Source of the DNA: Syncephalis fuscata S228
Taxonomy: Eukaryota; Fungi; Zoopagomycota
DNA: 64,000 nucleotides
NCBI GenBank assembly: GCA_025786725.1
Contig: JAHLTZ010000018.1
Location: forward strand, 248,001-312,000
Direction of reading: 5' to 3'
Part shown: positions 1 to 12,382 of the stretch, piece by piece
Numbering within the stretch: the stretch's first letter is position 1
Layout: every line of letters starts with the position of its first letter
The notes under the pieces: generated by a model
Seen by the model: only the letters and a program-made list of their open reading frames with translations
The model's database searches: none
What the model was told of the DNA's origin: nothing
Program-made: the position numbers and the translations under genes

Positions 1-1647
1 ATAAAGGCGATATCGGTGCAAGCAATAATAATGATGCTATCAATGCTGGTTCAACCAGCGGTATGTTATTGAATAGTTGGTAGATTATCAAAACTAACTA
101 TTGACTACTAATAGCACGTCGTCAATCAATTAAACCAACCAATTCTGAACAGAATATTGAACCACGGTAATATTTAAGAATATAGATTTAGAAATAATAG
201 CTAACTCTTGATTAATTTAGACGTCGAAGAACAGATAGAGAAACGAGTGGTAAGTCATATGAAATAGCACACTATAAATACTAATGCAGATATCAATCTA
301 TTATCTAATGTAGATGTAGTTGTAAAGGAAGAGAAACCAGAAATAGTACTTAATTTACGTGGTACTGAAAAGGTAATTACAAAAGGGTCTATATATTAAT
401 TAGTATTAATAGTCGATATTTACATTAGAGGACCAGTAAAAAGGGCCGATCAAATCAGATTAAGAAAGGTAGTGGCAGTACAAGTAAAGCTCATTCGGAA
501 GATCGTAAAGAAGGAAATCAGAAGCATGCATCTCCATCTGCAGTTAATGCTCGTCGTAATCGTGAACAACAACAACAGCAGCAACAGCAACAGCAACAAG
601 AAGAAGAATATACACGACCAAAGATATCTAATCAAGTCCCTATTCATGTATTTTGGAATTCACTCGAGGCATATTTCCGTCCACTGATCGATGCTGATTT
701 ACGGTTTTTAGAGGAAAAGGTAAATAGTAGCAGTAATATTGAATAATACAAGAATCAACAGTATATAACTAGGATGATGATGTGGGTCCATATCTTATAC
801 CATTACTTGGTCGACACTACTTGCAAGTATGGGCTGAAGAAGATCGTGCACTTATTCCAGATCTAGAACGTGATAAGAATGATTCAAAGCCGGATCGATC
901 TCTACCGGCTGGCGGCCAGCCTGAACAAATGTTATCAGACGATTTATTAGAGATTGATGCATTATCATGTGGTCCATTGACTGAACGTATTATAGGCGCT
1001 TTATTACGCAATGACGTTGGTATACCGGCCGATTTTGGTAGAGATGTCGATATTATGCGTCCATCGAAACTACAAACAGATTTGATTAGTGTAGAAGAAC
1101 GACTGAAGCGTGAATTGATGCATCTTGGTCTATTGGATACAGAAGGGGTAAGTTATTATATAGACTATAATAATGAATGGCCATTAACAATACGACCATT
1201 TAATTAGATTGATTGGCAAGCAGCTGAAGATGACGAGATATGCGGTGAATTACGGTCACTACAACGTGAATTGCGTGAAGTGGAGGCAACGAATACACAA
1301 CGGAAACGGAAGCTTGTCAATATTGTACAGGATTATATTGGCTGTCAAGAATATCAACAAATTCTTGATGAGTTAGATCGACATGTTGAACAGTCATTTG
1401 CTCGTCGTCATGTAAGTAGTATGATTATTAGAAATAGCTGTATTTTATATTTGGTAGCATTTATTAACGGCAATTGATGAATTAGCGGGTGAAGAAGACG
1501 AAACGCAAGAAGCTAGGCGGTCCCAAGGCTGGTCTATCAGACACGGCAGTTAGTGCACTTGATCGAAGACGTCGATTTGTCGATAGTATTGGTCGCATCT
1601 TCACCTCAGATCGATTTAGTATTCCCGAAAAGAGCATATTTTCCTAA
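1..1647 (+). CDS. ADA3: SAGA/ADA histone acetyltransferase complex subunit Ada3/Ngg1 (5' truncated, multi-exon)
   Basis: Spliced exons give QVPIHVFW..RPL..DLRFL, IPLLGRHYLQVWAEED, CGPLTERIIGALL, EERLKRELMHLGLLD, EDDEICGELRSLQRELR and end IPEKSIFS* (TAA 1645-1647); these match the Ada3 family. Confidence 0.9.
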
Positions 1648-3896
1648 GTCTTCCATAGCGATATTTCGCCATTATCGGCAAATACGCTTAGAATATTTGC
1701 TTGTGGATGATGTGTCATACCAAGTGGTTCAGCATCGGTTATCTATATATCGATCCATGTTTATTTATTAGTGTTTTTATTTGTGGTTATTAATTAGTCA
1801 TTAAGGTGGCTATATAGTATATCTATATAATGATATTAAACGAACCTTAATGACGCGTAAGCATTCGGCAGTGGCTACGTCAAAGCAGCACAACTGTCCA
1901 TCTTCTCGTAGTACATAAAGAAATGTGCCTTGTGGTGATAGCAAACAATCCATGGCTAGCTGTTGTTCATCAGCGGGAAAACGCCGTGTTACCTATGATA
2001 ACATATAAAGTTTTAGAAAGGACAGTATTTGTGTATTTGTGTGGCATACCTTGCCTGTAAGAGCAAGCTGAGCCACTGATGTACTCTTGTTACAAATAAT
2101 AACATTTTCATCATCTGGCAATACGGCTATAGCACTAATGGATGAATCGCCAATACTAGAGGCAACGGCACCCTTTGATTCTCTTAAATCGATTGTTAAT
2201 AGACAAATGGCTGTTTTAGCATTCCATATCTATAAAATATACATAGAGTTAGTTAGTTATTGATATTCATTATTATTCTACTTACTTTAATAGCACCATC
2301 ATTGTCGCCACTAATAATCTTTGCACCATTCGATACAAATAATGCCTTATTGACTGAACACGTATGGCCATGTAACTCTTTAAGCATTTTGCCCGACTTT
2401 AAACCATGAACACTAATAACAATATATAAATTAGTCATTATTAATATTATCATTAAGTGCCTAGGCTTACCGAATTGTACCGTCTTGACTTGCACTTAAT
2501 ATTTGAGACCCATCAGGTGAAAAACATACAGAAGATACGGCTTGGCTATGAGCTGCAAATTGTCGTACTATTTGACCAGTTTGTATACGCCAAATCTATA
2601 CTAGTAATTAGTATAGTGTTATGTATCTATAGCATTACTTTGGAATACTAACAATCACTTGACCACCTTGAGAACCAGATGCCAAATGATCACTTTGTTT
2701 ACTGAAATTAAGTGAGATCACCGCATCATCCATTAACATTAAATTATCCTAATTAATACATATTAATATTGTTAATAAGCCCATTTAAATAATTACTTAC
2801 TTCTGCTTGATATTTTAAATCACGTCTTAATTTACCACTAAGATAATTCCATACTTCAATAATACCATCCATACTGCCTGTAACTAAATATTGACCATCA
2901 GGTGAAAATACACAACAAATAGCATGTTGTTTCTTTGGAAACTATAATAGCCAGTTAAATTATATCCTTATATTGGCACTAATATACTACAACTTACACG
3001 TATTTTAGTATATTGTCTATCTGGAATGGCATCCACTTCAGATTCAACCACCGGAACTGAATTACGAAATAGATCAAATGCCATACCCGGTTGAACAATG
3101 CCTTGTTGTTGTTGCCATTTCAACGACTGCCCCAATAAAGTTAATAAACGAGATGGTGGCACCGATGTCACTTCATTTGACAATGCTATTAACAAAACAA
3201 TTAATAGTTAGTGTTGGTTAATGGTATTTCTTTATTTCCTTACCTTGGGCAATGGCTTTTCGGCGTTTCTCTTTAGTCTCTCCTTGATAAGCCTGATATT
3301 AAATATATTTAATCTACTTATACTGTCTAATAATTGCTATTAATTACCTCACGTGGATCAAATATAATACGTGACATTAGACCTTCAAGACGTAGATACC
3401 GTTCAGAGTGCTTATCCTGCAGCGAATGCATCACATCGGTCTCACGAAGCAATGAACGAGCCGCACCCAATTCGCGCAACTCTAACAATTCCAATACAAT
3501 CTAATCCATTATATTCATCAATAGCTATAGAATGTACCGCCAATTACCCTACCTGTTCATATAAATCATAGAGTTTACTAGGTGGCAGCATCAATTGCGC
3601 CACTGTACGCAACACCGAGTCCCAACGTCCTTGTTTGACATCATTAGTGAAATCCTCGACTGAATCCACCGTATTTAACGCAATAGACGTTTCCTCCTAT
3701 CACAGTAACGTGTTAAGACGCGTCTCTATAGAATACAAAACTTACTTGCAAAGCACGTAGTGTGCCCGTCAGTTTATTTTCTTTAAGATACTGTTGAATT
3801 AGCCGAATGACACTATTATATGTATTAATGTTGTATTATTACTCGTCTATATAAGCTATTGCATACATACTCGGCCGATTCAATTTCTATTGACAT
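1644..3896 (-). CDS. SMU1: WD40-repeat spliceosomal protein SMU1 (multi-exon)
   Basis: N-terminus [62 protein letters not shown]; last exon [32 protein letters not shown] matches the SMU1 C-terminal pattern. Confidence 0.95.
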
Positions 3897-3941
3897 GGTG
3901 TAGTTCAACGGTTGGTTAATGTAGACTAATAAAAATGGTAT

Positions 3942-3947
3942 ACGCGT
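3942..3947. promoter_or_regulatory. Possible MCB (ACGCGT) cell-cycle box in the SMU1/ORC2 divergent promoter
   Basis: ACGCGT in a 160-bp AT-rich divergent intergenic region upstream of a replication gene. A second copy sits 40 bp upstream of SMC4 (28182-28187). A 6-mer can occur by chance. Confidence 0.3.
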
Positions 3948-4056
3948 TCATATAAAAGAATCTTTAAATGATAAGTAAAAACTTGTCTTATTCAGCCGCA
4001 ACACTATTCTATTCACTTTTTAACCTTTTTTATTGGTGTTTTATATTCAATTGAAC

Positions 4057-5984
4057 ATGTCATCAGACAACGAAGCCAATCCCTCCTCTGATCAACCACA
4101 GCAAACTATTATGGTTGATAATGAAGAGATTCCAGCCTACATATTTAATCTATGTAATAATGAAGATGCTACAAGCGGTGAACAAATACAGCAAACACAG
4201 CAAACACAGCAACAGCAAACACCGCGGCGACGCGGTCCACGACGTATCTACGGCAAAGGACTGGCTCAAAGCTTTACCGCCGATATTGTAACCAACAAGT
4301 CAGGTCGCAAGATCTCTCGAGCACTATCAAATAGTCAAAGTGATGGTGAGAAAGAGAATCTTGACTATGACCCAGCTGAAAATGATCTACTACCAAGTCG
4401 CCAATTAACTAATAAAGTTAATACAAAGGCCAATTTATTAACAGAGAAATCAAGCAAATCAATTAATACAAATGACAAATTAAAAAGAAAATCACGTAAA
4501 TCGGTTGCATCCACACCAATAGACACGAATGAACAGACAACAATGGCTACAAATACTGCTACTAGAATGACTAGTATGGAGCCATCATCAACCATATTAA
4601 CTGATATATTTGCTTCTAATAATAATAATAATCAAGATATTGACGATGAAGCAGAGGATGCACCCAATACCGATGCCTATTATGTTGGGGCCAGTACAAG
4701 TCGATTCTTTCTAGCCCGTGGTGGCAGTAATCGTACGTCTAATAATACGATGGCCTCATTACCGCCATTAGAACGTAGTGAGTTCACGACACTTATTCAT
4801 AAGGTGCAGCCAAGCCATGAAGAGGAAATGACTCATTTACAACAATTATATAAGAAGCAATTTAACCAATGGTTTTTTGAACTGAGATCTGGATTTAGTT
4901 TATTAGTTTATGGATTTGGATCAAAACGATCTTTAATGCATCGATTTGCTAGAGAAATGCTGACTGATGGTCCATTAATTGTCGTTAATGGATTCTCGCC
5001 TATTGTGTCGCCTAAGGAGATTCTGGAAAAAATTATGAGTGTATTGCCGGATGGAGCCCGTAGTGCCGGTACACTTCTTGATCAGGCACGTCATTTAACC
5101 GACTATCTAGCTGGTCTACAGAAGAAGCCATTATCTACATCGCATCGAGGATCTAAAGCAAAGGCTACATTTAAACATATCTATTTACTTATACATAATA
5201 TTGAATGCTCGGGACTACAGTCAGAACGGGCACGAGCCGTGCTATCCACACTGGCCAAATCATCTCATATATATTGTATGGCCACGATTGATCATATCCA
5301 TTCGGGTTTCTTATGGGATAGTTCAAGTATGGCCCAATTTAAATGGATAGCTCATGATACCACAACCTTTGAACCATATTATGTTGAAATAAGCTATGAG
5401 AATTCATTACTGGCTAAATCGGAAGAAATGGACGGTAAAGCGGCCCGTTATGTATTATCAAGTTTAACGGTGAATGCTCGAGGTCTATTCCGACTACTAG
5501 CTGAATATCAATTGAAACATAAGGATAGAAGACCTGTAGCATCAATGGTAACGACACAGTCAAAACCATCACGTGGTCGACCACGTAAAACTAATAAATT
5601 ATCGCCAACTGAAGAAGAAAACGAAGAAGAAGAATACATGCAATCTAATGGCGATGAAGCAATAACTAGAGACAATACTTTATCATCCTCTACATCATTT
5701 GGCTATCTTATAGTCGATTCTACACATTGGCTAAGGAAGGCTTTTTAGTTAGTAATGATTTAACATTCCGTACACAGCTTACGGAATTCCGTGATCATCG
5801 TCTTATGTTAACGAGACGATCCAACGAAGGCGAGGATCTATTCTATATTCCATTTAGTAATGTTACATTGAATAGTCTAGTACAAGCACTTGATAACTTT
5901 AAAACACATGTGCTGTTGTCGTTATTGGTGTTATTATTCATTGCTTATAAGCTGTATGTAAATTGCTACGGATACTTGCGATAG
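4057..5984 (+). CDS. ORC2: Origin recognition complex subunit 2 (one apparent 1-nt frameshift near 5702)
   Basis: FNQWFFELRSGFSLLVYGFGSKR, LLIHNIE, ATIDH, HDTTTFEPY..E; the C-terminus LSYSRFYTLAKEGFLVSNDLTFRTQLTEFRDH continues in another frame. Confidence 0.93.
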
Positions 5985-6037
5985 GTTATTTCTTTTATTA
6001 CTTGATATAGAATAAAGTATGCGTTTATATTATTAAT

Positions 6038-8106
6038 CTACATCAGGTTTAGGTAGAGATTTGTGCGATGGTCGGTCTTTATCTTTGTATTCTTGCTCTT
6101 GTTATCCTCTAGCGCTTCCGTCTCTGTCAATGTTGATTCCGTCAATCTAATTCGAGCTGGTTTCTTTGGTGGATGTGGAAATAGATCACCCCATAATGAT
6201 TTACGTGCATCGCGATATGGTAATTTGCCCTGTGATTTAGGAATAGTCATACGCTGTAGATAACCTATATAGATCATTTAGTATTTATTAGTTGACAAGT
6301 GTTAATGATTTACCTGAAGATGAACAGACATCCATAATAACATGACCACCCGTTTCAATGGTGCATTAATAAGACGGGGCCAGTGATAGGCGTCCATTTC
6401 ATAATCTATTAATACAACATTCACTATTTAATGGTTATATAGTTGGTATTTGTAATTCAATTACTTTGTTCTGTTGCCGTTGTAGTTGATGTGGCTGATA
6501 AATTGGGCTGTATTAATGAAGCAGGTCGTTTTCCCTTTCGTACAATTAAATAGCTGTATTTTGTATCTTCAAAGTTATTTTTAGCTTGCTTTGCTCTTAT
6601 CTAATAGATAGTTGTTATAAATAATAATGTATATATGTATATATGTATAATGATTAATATCTACCATAAACGTAGGTCGTTGAATACGTTGTGAAAAGTG
6701 GCACCATGATTTAGTATTTTGCATTGGACAACCACCATCATGTGGACACTATGACAGATGATTAGTATGGTTATTGCTTAATAGATATAACTTACGGGTG
6801 CAACAATATGACAAGGCGTCTCAGTCGAAGTAGGTCCGTTTAATAGCCAATCTCTTGCCTCTGATATAATACGAAAGCCTTCTGGCGTACCTCGATCAAT
6901 TAAAACCTAGTATTAAATAAGTACATGATTATAGTAACTAAGTAATATTACCAAAACATCACTGGTCTGTCTCCATAATGCTTCAAGCGTAGATTGTCTT
7001 AATTGATCAGATGAAATGTCGCCCAAAGTGAAAGCAGATACTGTTAAATCATAAGGTGGATTCTAATAGCATATATAATAATAGTATCAATATTTATATA
7101 TTGATTAAATCATCATATTTACATTCAAATTATATGAAAGATATCGCCGAAATACAAGATCACTATTTAACAGTGCTTTGGGTCGTACTATCATTATACA
7201 TATTAAATATTAAATATTGTTATTACTATTAGTATTTACCTGTTAATAATTGTTCAGCTAATCTTAACATTGGTTCCGATACATCAACACCCATACATCT
7301 TTCCAATACGCCATCTCCTTCATTCCATATATTGGCAGCTGCCCTAAAGTATTATATTATATCTATCTATCTATCTATCTATTTATATTTATATTTATAT
7401 TTATATACGTACCATAGACTTGTACCCGGTCCAGTACCAAAATCGAGTATACTTTTTGGCTTAAATGATTGAATACGCGTTGAAAGTTCACCAAGTACAT
7501 TATAGGTCACACCATAAGTAGCAGCCATACGAGAGGCTAGATAGGCATTTGATTCTCGTTCACCATATTGAATACGAATACGCTCTAATAAATTGGCTGA
7601 ACTTGCTTCCTCTAATATAATATTATTGATTATAACATATATCAATAAAACTGCTTACTTTTGGGTGTTTCAGTATCACTCTTGGCCGCAGTCGTTCTTA
7701 ATGCATCATGTATACGAGCTGTATCGAATCGAATCAGCTTTTTATCCGTACCTAGTATTGATTATAGATTATAATGGCTATTCTATTGATTACTGTCAAG
7801 TATCATACCAGCAAGTACTTGATCGATAGCCTTAGAAAGTTCCTCTGGTAGTGTGGCACCACCTTGTCGCTTACGACCAAAGTGTGCCTCTGGTGAACCG
7901 CGTAGTGTTATAGGAGATAATTCTTCTATATCATGGATATCGCTATCTATCGATACTGTATCAACTGTAGTCACTCTCTCGTTAACCATAGCACTGGTAG
8001 ACTGATATCTTAATAATGTTGGTGTTTTATAGCCAACAAATCGTGTTGCATTACAGGATTGCCCAGTAATGACGGTCAACCGTCTATACATCATTATAGA
8101 CGCCAT
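6038..8106 (-). CDS. RSM22: Mitochondrial small-subunit assembly methyltransferase-like protein Rsm22/METTL17 (multi-exon)
   Basis: Arg-rich presequence, ILDFGTGPGT SAM motif, CPHDGGCP..CHFSQRIQRP, YRDARKSLWGDLFP. Confidence 0.92.
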
Positions 8107-8299
8107 ATCAATATTAAAAAAGAAGAAAAGTCAATATTTATTACTATTTTATTTATCGGGATTTATATTTTGATCACACACACACACTGTACATCAATTG
8201 GTTCTATTGCCATTTTTCATTTCTTTTGTTGTCGTCATTCTATTGAACAACACACGACACTCCATCTGTATCTGTGCACTCATTATTCAGTATATTAAT

Positions 8300-9198
8300 A
8301 TGGCCACGGCAACTCCTTCTATCAGTTCACTGCCTGCCTACTCGCCAGTAGCACCGGGTGGAATATCTGGTAATATGTCATCAGCACCTCATGCGTTGGA
8401 TACTCTAGATGAACCCGTGGTAGTCACTATTGTAAGAGTCATGATGATATAGAGCGGTTGTTGAATACTTATCTATAAATATATACAATCAAGTAGAAGC
8501 GCGATTTACTCAATGTATGGAAGAAACTACAACAAGTACTACTGCCCAACGGTTCACGAGAAGTACTACGTGATTGTAAGTAGTAGGTTTAAATCATGTA
8601 GTTCTATTGACTGACTGACTAACTAGGGGATTTATGGGGTCCATTAATGTTATGTTTAACATTGGCCATGTAAGTGTATTAATAAATAGATTAATTCTAT
8701 CCATATTCATATTGGATGTAGTATACTAAGTTTTAGTGCACCAAAAGAACAATCAGCAGCCATTTTTACGGGTATATTTGTTATTATCTGGTGTGGATCA
8801 GCAGTTATTACCATCAATGCTAAACTATTAGGCGGTCAAATGTAAGTTTAACAAGTAACTATGGCAGAATGGCTTATACTGTCACAACAGATCTTTCTTC
8901 CAAAGTGTTTGTATACTTGGTTATTGTGTATTTCCACTAGTGGTAGCTGCGGCTGTTTCATTCTTTGTCGATTTCATACTGGTTAGATTGCTTTGTGGCA
9001 CTATTGGGTTTATTTGGTCAACATTTGGTGAGTTGTTGAGGATGTCAATACTATTGACCATTAACTAGATACTATTGATATATGGTAGCTTCAGTAGGAT
9101 TTCTATCGGATACTGGTCTGGCTAACCGACGCTTACTCGCTGTCTATCCTATCGGTTTATTCTATTTCGTTATTGCCTGGATGGTTGTCATATCCTAG
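8300..9198 (+). CDS. YIP1-family Golgi membrane protein (YIPF6/Yip4-like)
   Basis: DTLDEPV, LRDWDLWGPLMLCL, IWCGSAVITINAKLLGG, SFFQSVCILGYCVFPL, LLAVYPIGLFYF across short introns. Confidence 0.92.
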
Positions 9199-9332
9199 CT
9201 TGACATTAAATAAATATTTGATTATTTTTATTAGTAAATAGATATATTAGAGCCTAAATAAATTTAATTGATTTAATTGATTTAATTGATTTTTTAATTC
9301 TTTACAATTCTATTGCACAAAAGTTAGTTGAC

Positions 9333-11045
9333 ATGTCGAAATTTATCGAACTCTTTGACCGGGTTGAACAAAGCCTTGAAGATATCAAGTAAGTAGCTGA
9401 ATAGGTTATAGTGCTCGTTGCACTGACTCTACAGTTATGGCGAGGCTACTTACTCGTCATTGCTTTCGTCCGAAGCAGGTGCCTATGAAATATACGCGTT
9501 TTTACGCAAATCAACGATTAGTACTAAGCCAGGAGAACAAAAACTGGCCTGGTTGCCCCTACAACAGCATATATTTGTAGAGACATGCGTTGAAGAAGGT
9601 CATTGTAAGTATTATATCATAGTATACATATATTTATGTTTTTAATTGTGTATCTATTTAGTAATTGATGCTTGTGAGATACTTCAAGTATTTATTTATG
9701 ATGGCTATATTCCATCAAGGTAAATAGATTCATCTATTAAATACGCTATATTGACAATGTTATGTATAATATATAGTGAATTGATAAGAAAGTTTATTGA
9801 AAAAGCAACGGCACCGAATACTCACCAGACTGCCATTGTGGCCTGTCAACATGTAGTTACTCAACTAAAACTAATGCTATTTAATCGTCCAGTCCATTCA
9901 GTGGCCCAAGTTGATGCCTCGATTATGCGTGAATGGGATCCTGTCACCTATTGGAAGTTAATTCAATCTATTATTGTGGATAGTGAGTTATTAGAGGAAC
10001 AGTCATCTACTACAATGGATAGCGATACCCTAAAGGTAATTGATAATGGATAGTTAGTAATAATTACTTATATGTCCTAGTTAATAAGCAAATGTTATTA
10101 AAGATAATGGTTACTTTAGTAGAATGTGAATTACTGTTAAATCCCGGTAAATATAAATTTTTATAAATGGTTTAAATAGCCATATTATATTATTGTATCT
10201 AATAACGAGAATAGAAGCGGCTGCCCATGCCATCGTAGGGCAATCCTCGGTTATGGAACGACGAAGTAATGCCAATCTATGGTTAAATTGGTTACCATCT
10301 GTATTGAAAGCGTCTGAACTTGATTTCGTTCTACTAGATACATGTCAAGAATTAATGCATACGGTAAGCTATTTAATAGTCGTGTTAAATATAGTCATGG
10401 TATAACAATCAATAGTTGGTACTACTTATATTCTCTGAGTATATTTCTCCATCAGCTATGCTTAAACAACTACATATTGTATTACGGGCACTACCTATCG
10501 ACCGAGTCTTTATATTTATTGAGGTAACGAACACTATACCATACTATGCTATACTTATTGTGCAATCTATTAAATGATACTAGACGATAAAATCACCCAC
10601 TTTCCGGTGTATGTATCTTAACTATTTCTTTCATAATTGCTGCTCTTTCAGCGATGTAACATCCAGTTATCGATATTTGGCAGAACGATCTCTAAGTCTT
10701 ATAAAGATTACGCGATTATTTTTTACGTGCAGGGCACTATCTCATACGGCCCACTGGCTACAAGAAGAACATATTCTACGACTGTTATTACTACTATTAA
10801 CCAGCTATATAGCAAGTAGAAGTCTACAACAATTACCGGAAATGCCGGTAATTAGTACACATCCATGGTTACTCTATGGATTTACCGAGGATGAACTGGC
10901 CTCTGTTGAGGATAAACAATGGGACACAGTTATGGATCGATTAACGAGTTATTATGATCCACAAGCTATTGAAAACACATATAATGTACTATCTATTATG
11001 CGATCTATACCGACTATATTTAATATACGACTGAGCCATTCATAA
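9333..11045 (+). CDS. Hypothetical multi-exon, probably alpha-helical protein
   Basis: ATG 9333 (MSKFIELFDRVEQSLEDI) followed by open exons with GT-AG boundaries (ORF fragments 9460, 9751, 10193, 10611); no family recognised. Confidence 0.6.
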
Positions 11046-11098
11046 CACGTAGTAATATATTTATATTTATTCATTTATTCATTCATTCAATTATCCAT

Positions 11099-12059
11099 TT
11101 AATATTTTATATAGTCGCCTTGATACCGCCGTGTAAATGGCTTACCCGTAGTGCGGTATTTGTTTTGAATAAAATCGTAAAAGAATTTGAAATAGTATAA
11201 TAAATTGTCATATTCTCCTTGATAAGTGTATCTGCTTCATAGGCCCGATAATATTCGCGGTAAAAGTAGTAAATAGCCTCAATCGTCGCTAAATAACTAG
11301 GTGCAAGATCTTGAAATCGCCAAAATCGTGTCTTTTCCGTACGAATCATCACTTTGGGCAATTGATTTAATACGTTTGAATAACGTACTATTCCCTTTGC
11401 TTGATGCCATGTACCATCGACGACTACTAACGGTCAAATGATGATGGATCAATTTCATTCAATGTACGAGCGTCCTATTCAATAATAGTAGTAGTTATTA
11501 GTGTTCTATTCTATTCTATTCTATAGTATAGTGTATTACATGGCCTGGAAATAGTAGTAATGTACGACCATCTGCTTTATAGTCAGGTACATGATCTGGA
11601 TAAGTATAAATAGCTACGTCCTCAGGAGCAATGATCTTGGCATGAATAGCAGTTGATTTACCGTCCTTTTCTTTAGCATGTTTAATACTATTGCATTAAT
11701 AAAGATATGGTTAGCTAGCTAGTTAGTTATTAATAGGATTACATTAATATTAATGGCTTACATATCTAATTTAACTGGAAGCGATAGTGTTGGTATTTCA
11801 CTTCTATCACAGCCAACTACTTGGTGGCAATAATAACAGAAATACATAACCGACTTTTTACACGTAGGACACGGCAGTCTAGATTCAATACGAGATAATA
11901 CTGCCGTAGAACTGATAACCAAGTTATCAAAAGCCTCTGAACTACTTTCTAAGCTACTGTTGTCATTATTACTATTACTATCGTGGTCTGTAGCAACATT
12001 AAGTGAAGACACTGACTATGAACAGTGTCTTCTTCCACAGTAGTAGGACTATTGGTCAT
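11099..12059 (-). CDS. DTWD1: DTW-domain tRNA-uridine aminocarboxypropyltransferase (DTWD1-like; apparent 1-nt frameshifts)
   Basis: CPTCKKSVMYFCYYC, LPVKLDIIKH..E.DGKSTAIHAKIIAP, VDGTWHQA, TRFWRFQ, LATIEAIYYF, YDNLLYYF. Confidence 0.9.
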
Positions 12060-12382
12060 GACAGGAGTAATCACGGGAAAAGAATAAAGAAAAATGAAAG
12101 TTCTTTCTAATAAATTTATATGGGCTTTTATTTGTACTTGTTGATGAATTGCCTGCCATTTGACGTCACTTTCTTTTTTCTCTTTCTCATTATTCATTGT
12201 TGCTGTTGCTGTCGGTAGTATTTACACGCAGATCGTCAATAGTGCGGATTAGGTTGATTGAGTAAATTATAAGCACTGGTTTAGTAGGTGTGCGTACAAA
12301 GTACCTACACAGAATCTACGAATCTACACCATACTACTCTACACTACAGCGAGTCACTGGCCGATCTGGCTCACTCTAACCT

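Noticed and set aside
5690-5750. Programmed ribosomal frameshift in ORC2
   Set aside because: No slippery heptamer at the break, and similar one-base losses occur in many unrelated genes in the window.
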